Shown here piece by piece: positions 57,582-64,000 of a stretch of DNA of 64,000 bases. The notes under the pieces are model-generated. The model made no database searches. It was not told where the DNA came from and saw only the letters and a program-made list of their open reading frames with translations. Within the stretch, counting starts at the first letter, position 1. Each line of letters begins with the position of its first letter. The stretch lies in the NCBI GenBank assembly GCA_029941565.1, contig JAPYRN010000003.1, positions 107,358 to 171,357 of the forward strand, given 5' to 3'. Made by a program: the position numbers and the translations under genes. The DNA is from Candidatus Latescibacterota bacterium (GTDB taxonomy: Bacteria > Latescibacterota > UBA2968 > UBA8231).

Positions 57582-59604
57582 ATCAAGCAACAGCGCCTTG
57601 CGATCTGTTGCTGCATGCCGGCTGCGTTGGGTGCTGCTGGGTGGTGTCTGCTTGTGGATGGCGGTATCAGCCCGTCTCGTCCAAGTGCAGGGCGTGGATC
57701 ATCTCCGCTATGTGGAACGAGCCAAGGCACAACACCAACGTCAGAGAGTTCTCAGCGCTCGACGGGGGAAAATTCTCGATCGGGAGGGCAGGGAGTTGGC
57801 CCTCGATGTGGCTTCAGTCTCGTTCTACAGTCATCCCGCCGACGTGCGTGATCGCGACGGCGCGGCGCGGCACTTCGCCCGTCTCAGCGGACGCTCCGTA
57901 GAAGATGTGCACAAACTGTTGACGCCGGATCGATCCTTCGTCTACCTGCTGCGCCAGACTCGCGAGGAAGATCTCGAGAGTATCCGTGCGCAGCGTTTCC
58001 AGGGAATCTTCGAGCAGCCGACTGTACGGCGCTTCTATCCGTATGGCAGTCTTGCTGGCCAGCTTCTTGGATTTACCAATGTCGATAACGAGGGGCGTGA
58101 AGGGGTCGAATTGGCTCTCGACGAGCTGCTTTCCGAACGCCCGGGAGTAGCACGCTCCTTCATCGACAATCGCGGTCGCACTCTGCATGATCGCTCCCAG
58201 GCCACCGAGCCGGCGCAACACGGTGCGAGTGTGCATCTCACCATCGATGCCGTCATTCAAGGCATTCTGGAAGAGGAACTCGTCCGCGCGGTGACGGTAT
58301 CAGAAGCCGAGAGTGCTCTTGGGATCATTACCGATCCGCGCACGGGAGACATCCTGGCACTGGGCAGTGTGCCCGTCTTCGACCCGAACAACCCGGGTGC
58401 GTCGCCAGCAGGTCATCGTCGGAATCGATTGGTCACCGACCCCTTCGAGCCTGGCTCGACGCTGAAGACTATCACGATGGCCGCAGTTCTCGACCGACGT
58501 CCTACTGTGGCCGATACGTCCGTGTTCTGTGAGCAGGGCCTGATGGAGCTGGCCACGGGGGATACGTTGCGCGATACCAAGGCGCATGGTTGGTTGACGG
58601 CCGCCGAAGTCATGTCGAATTCAAGCAATATCGGCATGGTGAAAATAGCTCGAACCCTGAATCGCGGTGAGTTCTACGAGTCCCTGCGTGCCTTCGGTTT
58701 TGGCACTCGTACCGGCACCGGATTGCCGGCGGAAAGTTCCGGCTTGCTACACCAGGCCCGTGATTGGTCGGAGCGTTCTCTGGCAACTATCGCTATCGGT
58801 CAGGAAATCAGCGTTACCGCGGTTCAGTTGGTGCAGGCCTTCGGTGCCATCGCCAATGGTGGCGTACTGATGGCACCAAGGCTGCTTGCCGAGGTGCGCG
58901 ACACCGAAGGACGACGACTGCGTGAGACCAAACCGCAGCGGGTGCGTCGTGTTGTCTCAGAGCGCACGGCGACTCGACTGCAGCAGATGTTGCGTGGCGT
59001 CGTAGAGGATGGCACTGGGCGCAGGGCAGCGATTGGCGGCATCGATGTCGCTGGCAAGACAGGGACGGCCCAGCGGGCTCTTCCTGGTGGCGGTGGTTAT
59101 GCCAAAGACGAATACGTCTCCTCCTTTGTCGGCTTCCTGCCCGCCACTGGTGAGGCGCGCTATCTCTGTCTCATCGTTGTAGAGAATCCACGTGTCGGCA
59201 AGTATGGCGGCACCGTGGCAGCCCCTGCCTTTCGCCAGGTGATGGAGCGGGTACTCTCTCTTGAGGGTTCACCAAAATCCCCCTCGGCGGAGAGTGCGTT
59301 GGCATCTGCCCCGTCAATGGCTGAACAGATTCCGGACCTGCGCGGCTTGTCGCCGCGTGGAGCCAAGACACAGGCGTCGCGCCGTGGACTGATGCTACGA
59401 CTGGAAGGAGAAGGGGAACTCATCATCGCACAGTCTCACACCCCTTCACACCTGGCGGGTGGCTTGGCGGGTGTGATCGTTTGCCGACTTGGAAAGGCTG
59501 AGGATGTTTTGCCCCTCGTATCTTTGCGCGACGTGCCACTGAGACAGGCCGTGTTGATGCGTAAACTGGGCGCTCGCCGGCAGCTTGTGGCACTGGCTCC
59601 TTGA
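57574..59604 (+). CDS. ftsI: Peptidoglycan D,D-transpeptidase FtsI/PBP with C-terminal PASTA domain
   Basis: TM anchor, dimerisation domain, transpeptidase motifs (STLKT, SSN, KTGT) and a C-terminal PASTA-like segment. Confidence 0.9.
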   Translation: MAESSNSALRSVAACRLRWVLLGGVCLWMAVSARLVQVQGVDHLRYVERAKAQHQRQRVLSARRGKILDREGRELALDVASVSFYSHPADVRDRDGAARHFARLSGRSVEDVHKLLTPDRSFVYLLRQTREEDLESIRAQRFQGIFEQPTVRRFYPYGSLAGQLLGFTNVDNEGREGVELALDELLSERPGVARSFIDNRGRTLHDRSQATEPAQHGASVHLTIDAVIQGILEEELVRAVTVSEAESALGIITDPRTGDILALGSVPVFDPNNPGASPAGHRRNRLVTDPFEPGSTLKTITMAAVLDRRPTVADTSVFCEQGLMELATGDTLRDTKAHGWLTAAEVMSNSSNIGMVKIARTLNRGEFYESLRAFGFGTRTGTGLPAESSGLLHQARDWSERSLATIAIGQEISVTAVQLVQAFGAIANGGVLMAPRLLAEVRDTEGRRLRETKPQRVRRVVSERTATRLQQMLRGVVEDGTGRRAAIGGIDVAGKTGTAQRALPGGGGYAKDEYVSSFVGFLPATGEARYLCLIVVENPRVGKYGGTVAAPAFRQVMERVLSLEGSPKSPSAESALASAPSMAEQIPDLRGLSPRGAKTQASRRGLMLRLEGEGELIIAQSHTPSHLAGGLAGVIVCRLGKAEDVLPLVSLRDVPLRQAVLMRKLGARRQLVALAP

Positions 59605-61088
59605 CCTTGACCCGTGCTCTTGGAGCTCCCGTCGAAATGAACCTGCGAACACTTCTCGCCGCGTACCAACCCTTGTCGGTGTCCGGTCCCCTGGACCGAC
59701 GCATCGACGGCATCGTAACCGACTCACGGCAGGTGCAGTGCCGGTCCTTGTTCGTCGCGATCCGTGGGGGCCAGGAACAGGATCGTCACGCTTTTATCGG
59801 TGACGCTGTTGCACGGGGTGCGGAGGCGGTGATCGTCGAAGATGACGGCATCGATACCGGCGCGGCGACACGAATCGTTGTCGGCGACAGCCGTCATGCT
59901 CTGGCTGCTCTGGCGGCACGACTGCATGGTGATCCATCGGCGAAGATGATGTGTGTCGGTGTTACCGGCACCAATGGGAAGTCGACAACGGCGAGCATTC
60001 TGCACCGGATTCTCACCGCGGATGGGTCAGCCGGCGCCTATCTGGGCACTCTGGGGTTCCAATTCTGCGAGCATAAAGAGCCAGTGGCGAACACGACGCC
60101 CGAAGCCGGTCAACTGCAGGCCCTTCTCGCCAGAGCTCGTGATGCTGGTTGTCGATCGTTGGCGATGGAGGTGTCCTCTCATGGTCTGGCTCTTGGTCGT
60201 GTTCTGGGTATCGATTTTGCGGCGGCTGTGTATACCAATCTGACGCGGGACCACCTCGACTTTCACGGATCTGAAGAGCAGTACTTTGCCGCTAAGAGTC
60301 TGTTGTTCACGCAACTATCGGACGCCGCTGTGGCCGTGTTGAACGCTGACGATTCAAGGTCACCCGCCCTTGCTCGCCTGACACCGGCGCGGGTATGGTA
60401 CTATGGTGAGAAGGGTGCGCACGTGCGCTTGCTGGGGGCTCGATTCGAGTCCGATTTTACCTGCGTGGAGATGGACACGCCAGAGGGCAAATTCGAGGTC
60501 GAAATGGCATTGACGGGGCGTTTTAATTGCTCTAATGTAGTGGCCGCCGTAACGACAGGTTTCGCATTGGGAATCGAGGCAGATGTGATTCGTCGTGGTG
60601 TGGCGGCGGTGACGCAGGTGCCTGGACGTTTCGAGCGTATCGATGAGGGTCAGTCGTTTCAGGTCATCGTCGACTATGCTCACACACCAGCCGGTCTCGA
60701 GACCGTATTGTGTGCCGCGCGGGAGTTGACGTCACGACGACTTGTCTGCGTTTTTGGCTGTGGTGGTGATCGGGATACGGGCAAGCGCCCCATGATGGGG
60801 CGTGTCGCCGAGACGCTGGCGGATCGGATCTACCTCACTTCGGATAATCCGAGGAGTGAGTCTCCCCGACAGATCATCGACCAGATCTCCGCCGGGATGC
60901 TGGGGGCAGAGGAGGTCATCGTCGAACCGGATCGGAGTGTGGCGATCCATGCCGCCCTCGAAGCGGCCGAAGCGGGTGATGTCGTCGTGCTTGCCGGCAA
61001 GGGGGATGAGCCGTATCAGATCCTTGATGCTGGGCAAGTGGTGCCTTTCGACGATCGTGACGTAGCAAGACAGGCTTTGCGTCACTAG
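59601..61088 (+). CDS. murE: UDP-MurNAc-L-Ala-D-Glu:meso-diaminopimelate ligase
   Basis: GVTGTNGKSTT...DNPR motif (meso-DAP type). Confidence 0.92.
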   Translation: MTLTRALGAPVEMNLRTLLAAYQPLSVSGPLDRRIDGIVTDSRQVQCRSLFVAIRGGQEQDRHAFIGDAVARGAEAVIVEDDGIDTGAATRIVVGDSRHALAALAARLHGDPSAKMMCVGVTGTNGKSTTASILHRILTADGSAGAYLGTLGFQFCEHKEPVANTTPEAGQLQALLARARDAGCRSLAMEVSSHGLALGRVLGIDFAAAVYTNLTRDHLDFHGSEEQYFAAKSLLFTQLSDAAVAVLNADDSRSPALARLTPARVWYYGEKGAHVRLLGARFESDFTCVEMDTPEGKFEVEMALTGRFNCSNVVAAVTTGFALGIEADVIRRGVAAVTQVPGRFERIDEGQSFQVIVDYAHTPAGLETVLCAARELTSRRLVCVFGCGGDRDTGKRPMMGRVAETLADRIYLTSDNPRSESPRQIIDQISAGMLGAEEVIVEPDRSVAIHAALEAAEAGDVVVLAGKGDEPYQILDAGQVVPFDDRDVARQALRH

Positions 61089-62482
61089 TGTCTGAGCTGG
61101 GCGGTTCAGGGTGGCGGGACATTCGCCTCGAGGACGTGAGAAGTTGGGCTCGTGCCGACTGGATCGGCTCGAATGCAACGCGAATGGAGCCGGCTAGCGG
61201 GGTTTCGACCGACACACGATCCCTGGAGCCGGGGCAGATATTCGTTGCCCTGCGGGGCGACAGATTTGACGGGCACGCACATCTGGCCGCAGCATTTGAG
61301 ACGGGTGCCAGCGCCGCAGTCGTGGAGCGCACAGGTGAAGTGACCCAGCGCACATACAGCGGTCCGTTGCTGGCAGTAGATTCGCCGCTGGCTGCGTTGG
61401 GCCGGCTGGCGCGACAGTATCGCAGGCGCTACGACATACCCGTCGTAGCTGTGGCGGGCTCGGCAGGAAAGACGACGGCGAAAGAGATGATCGCCGCCGT
61501 GCTCGGTCGCAGATACCAGGTTCTGGCGACACCGAGCAACGAAAACAATGAGATTGGCGTACCCCGGGCGATCCTGGGGCTGACGCCCGAACATGGGGCA
61601 GCCGTCATCGAGATGGGGGCCCGGCGGGTAGGTGATATCGCCTACCTCTGCAGCATCGCACAACCAACGATTGGTGTGCTGCTCAACATCGGCGTCGCAC
61701 ATCTGGAGGTATTTGAATCTGTAGAGAGAGTGGCCAAGGCCAAAGGGGAGCTCCTGGACTTTATCGTAGATGAGTCTTACGTGGCTCTCGTCAACGCGGA
61801 CGACTGTGTCATTGCCGGGGAGGCTATGAGGACAAAGGGGAGACTCCTCGGCTTCGGTTGGACGCGTGAGGGCCATTTCAGTGGGGAGGGACTCATCCTC
61901 GACCAGGAGGGCTGCGGCCACTTCTCTCTACAGAATACCTCCTTCCATCTCCGGGTTCCCGGGCGACACAACGCCCACAGCGCTCTGGCGGCGATTGCGG
62001 TTGCTGATCAGTGTGGTGTCAGCTCCGCAGACGCATCGGCGGCGCTGGCCGATTTCGAGCCTGTCTGCATGCGCTCTGAAATCTTGCGCAAAGCGGGAAT
62101 CCGTGTTATCAATGATTGCTACAATGCCAACCCCGATTCTGTTCGTGCTGCCCTCGACCTGATGGCTGAAATGTCGGTGGATGGTCGGCGCATCGCCGTG
62201 CTCGGCGATATGCTCGAATTGGGGGCACAGGAAGGTGCGCTGCACCAGGATGTAGGACGATATGCAGCGGACCGTATCGATCTGTTGATGGGCACCGGAC
62301 CCCTGAGTGCTCAGATCGTCGGCGGTGCCCGCGAGGCTGGCATGAAAGCTGGACTGGCCAAGCACTTCGAAGACCGCGACTCCCTGACGCGGCAGTTGAA
62401 GTCCACGGTCCGGCCTGGTGATTTGGTACTGGTTAAGGCATCTCGCGCCATGGCGTTGGAGCACGTGGTCGAGGCGTTATAG
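61088..62482 (+). CDS. murF: UDP-MurNAc-tripeptide:D-Ala-D-Ala ligase
   Basis: VAGSAGKTTAKEM... Mur-ligase three-domain layout. The start overlaps the murE stop. Confidence 0.9.
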   Translation: MSELGGSGWRDIRLEDVRSWARADWIGSNATRMEPASGVSTDTRSLEPGQIFVALRGDRFDGHAHLAAAFETGASAAVVERTGEVTQRTYSGPLLAVDSPLAALGRLARQYRRRYDIPVVAVAGSAGKTTAKEMIAAVLGRRYQVLATPSNENNEIGVPRAILGLTPEHGAAVIEMGARRVGDIAYLCSIAQPTIGVLLNIGVAHLEVFESVERVAKAKGELLDFIVDESYVALVNADDCVIAGEAMRTKGRLLGFGWTREGHFSGEGLILDQEGCGHFSLQNTSFHLRVPGRHNAHSALAAIAVADQCGVSSADASAALADFEPVCMRSEILRKAGIRVINDCYNANPDSVRAALDLMAEMSVDGRRIAVLGDMLELGAQEGALHQDVGRYAADRIDLLMGTGPLSAQIVGGAREAGMKAGLAKHFEDRDSLTRQLKSTVRPGDLVLVKASRAMALEHVVEAL

Positions 62483-62647
62483 CGCAGTTCGAAAAAGTAC
62501 CGCCTCCCCGGGCGGTTGCAGCAACGTCCCGCCCCCCCCGGCGAGACGAGAAACCCCTCGTTCGACCTCCTCCTACGGGTTGCTGGCGCCGCGTTTTTTT
62601 ATGGTTTGCCGCGATCACCCCTTTGCGTACCCGCCGGAAAATCAGGC

Positions 62648-63853
62648 ATGTCCAGCGTCGCGGACCGGGCTGCACGTCAGGTTCTGTTCATAACCGCCAT
62701 CCTCGTGGGGATCGGCGTCGTCATGGTATACAGCTCGAGTTCCGCCCTGGCGGGGACGCGCTTTGAGGATTCAGGCTTTTTCCTCCAGCGACAGATACTA
62801 CGGGCCGGCTTCGGATTGATGATCATGTTCGCACTCTCGCGAGTGCCACTGCGATTCTGGCGTTCGCTGGCACGACCGCTGCTATTGTGCGGCGTCGCCC
62901 TGCTCGTGCTCGTGCTCATTTTCGGTGAAGGGCGCAGCGCCCAACGGTGGCTGCCTTTTCACCTGCCGGCAATGACGACGCTCACATTTCAACCTTCCGA
63001 ATTCGTCAAGTTGGTCCTCGTGTTGTATCTGGCCGATGTATTGTCGCGCAAGGAAGGGGAGATGGCAGACTGGAAGAGTGGTCTGGTGCCGCGCCTCGTC
63101 ATCGTCGGTTTGGTTCTCGTCCTCATCGTCATGCAGCCCGATTTGGGCACCTCCCTGGCGATCGGCTCGGTGTCGCTCGTGATGCTCTGGCTCGGCGGCG
63201 CCGGGACCGTACACCTGGCCGGAGCTTGCGGCTTCGGTGCAGTCGTGGCGCTGCTCTCGGTGCTGTGTTCACCGTACCAGATGCTGCGTCTACTCACCTT
63301 TATGGGCGAACCGGATCCCCAGGGGGCCGGATTTCAGGTGTCACAGGCGCTCATCGCTCTCGGCAGTGGCGGACTCTTCGGTGTCGGCCTCGGCAACAGC
63401 ATGCAGAAGCACTTCCTGCCCGAACCGCACACCGATTTTGTCTTCGCCTTCGCAGGGGAGGAACTGGGCTTGTTCGGCACACTCAGTGTCATCGCTCTGT
63501 TCATCGCCCTCGGTGTGCACGGGTATCGCATCGCCACGCAAGCGGCGACGTATCACGGATTTCTGCTGGCCTCTGGGATTACGGTCATGGTTGGCACATA
63601 CGCCTTGCTGAATGTCGGTGTCGCCACAGGGCTGATGCCGACGACGGGGTTGCCTTTGCCATTCATCAGCTATGGAGGGTCCTCCCTTCTTTGGAATCTG
63701 AGTGGCATCGGTATTCTGGCGGCCGTTGCCCGCGACAACGGTGCCGAACCTGCACGTGCTTCGGCGCTGGCCTCGGGTCAGCGGCATGCCAGTGGTTCCC
63801 ACGGTGGCACCAGCGGCTGGATGCCGCCCAGCGCCCCGACGGCGAATCGATGA
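62648..63853 (+). CDS. ftsW: SEDS-family peptidoglycan glycosyltransferase FtsW
   Basis: Track ORF 62516..63853. Start ATG 62648 (MSSVADRAARQVLFITAILVG). QPSEFVK, PDLGT, HTDFVFA, PFISYGGSS. Confidence 0.88.
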   Translation: MSSVADRAARQVLFITAILVGIGVVMVYSSSSALAGTRFEDSGFFLQRQILRAGFGLMIMFALSRVPLRFWRSLARPLLLCGVALLVLVLIFGEGRSAQRWLPFHLPAMTTLTFQPSEFVKLVLVLYLADVLSRKEGEMADWKSGLVPRLVIVGLVLVLIVMQPDLGTSLAIGSVSLVMLWLGGAGTVHLAGACGFGAVVALLSVLCSPYQMLRLLTFMGEPDPQGAGFQVSQALIALGSGGLFGVGLGNSMQKHFLPEPHTDFVFAFAGEELGLFGTLSVIALFIALGVHGYRIATQAATYHGFLLASGITVMVGTYALLNVGVATGLMPTTGLPLPFISYGGSSLLWNLSGIGILAAVARDNGAEPARASALASGQRHASGSHGGTSGWMPPSAPTANR

Positions 63854-64000
63854 CGATGGTCGCCGCTGCTGTCGATGGGCTTGCCCCGGGAATGGATGGA
63901 CCGCTGGGACCAGAGGTGGATCATGTCCATATGGTCGGCGTCGGTGGCGCTGGCATGGAGGGGCTGGCAAGACTGCTGCACGAGATGGGATATCGCGTCA
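63850..64000 (+). CDS. murC: UDP-N-acetylmuramate:L-alanine ligase, N-terminal 50 aa (truncated by window end)
   Basis: MTMVAAAVDGLAPGMDGPLGPEVDHVHMVGVGGAGMEGLARLLHEMGYRV matches the MurC N-terminal Rossmann motif. ATGA overlap with the ftsW stop. Confidence 0.8.
   Translation, partial: MTMVAAAVDGLAPGMDGPLGPEVDHVHMVGVGGAGMEGLARLLHEMGYRV

Noticed and set aside
1-64000. CRISPR arrays, transposases/IS elements, prophage genes, toxin-antitoxin pairs
   Set aside because: No spaced direct-repeat arrays, DDE or serine/tyrosine recombinase signatures, capsid/terminase/portal motifs or small paired ORFs typical of TA modules were recognised on either strand.

Overview
This is a high-GC (about 64-65%) bacterial chromosomal segment, densely coding on both strands. 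Most of it is intact housekeeping: partial ilvD, rpiA, the hrcA-grpE-dnaK-dnaJ-mrp block, prmA-rsmE-aroQ, rnhB fused to yraN, pyrC, queA, ispDF, the rplM-rpsI-rpsB-tsf-frr block, tRNA-Ala(UGC), thiolase, ssb, yyaL, cysK, an iscA-nifS-rhodanese/moeB sulfur-mobilisation operon, trmB, and a dcw cluster (mraZ-rsmH-ftsL-ftsI-murE-murF-ftsW-murC) that runs off the window edge. Interleaved are envelope and glyco genes: GT4, GT2, an FGE-sulfatase plus CBM9-like operon, a Wza-like exporter, and a T9SS-tailed metzincin. The T9SS sorting tail and the rplM-rpsI-rpsB-tsf arrangement suggest a Bacteroidota/Rhodothermota-like or similar T9SS-bearing lineage; that is inference only. The most striking feature is two scars of a decaying flagellar regulon. 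The first (7.7-10.3 kb) holds frameshifted and deletion-fused flgF/flgG/flgI/fliS fragments, followed by an apparently intact flgM behind a textbook sigma-28 promoter. The second (27.8-29.4 kb) holds a flagellin gene with a strong RBS, a sigma-28-like promoter and a terminator, but killed by a TAG at codon 10 and a +1 frameshift, next to an inverted flagellin 3' fragment that truncates an ArnT-like gene. Other accessory genes (a GGDEF cyclase, a beta-lactamase-family hydrolase) also carry multiple frameshifts while housekeeping genes are clean, which points to ongoing pseudogenisation of accessory functions unless the assembly is at fault. Further points worth a second look: a MerR regulator with a Cys-rich tail heading the iscA-nifS-rhodanese-MoeB operon; a translationally coupled yyaL, PqqD-like RRE and NTP_transf_5 trio; a standalone NuoB-like Fe-S module beside mrp; an rnhB-yraN fusion; and a dcw cluster lacking mraY, murD and murG. 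No CRISPR array, integrase or transposase was recognised.
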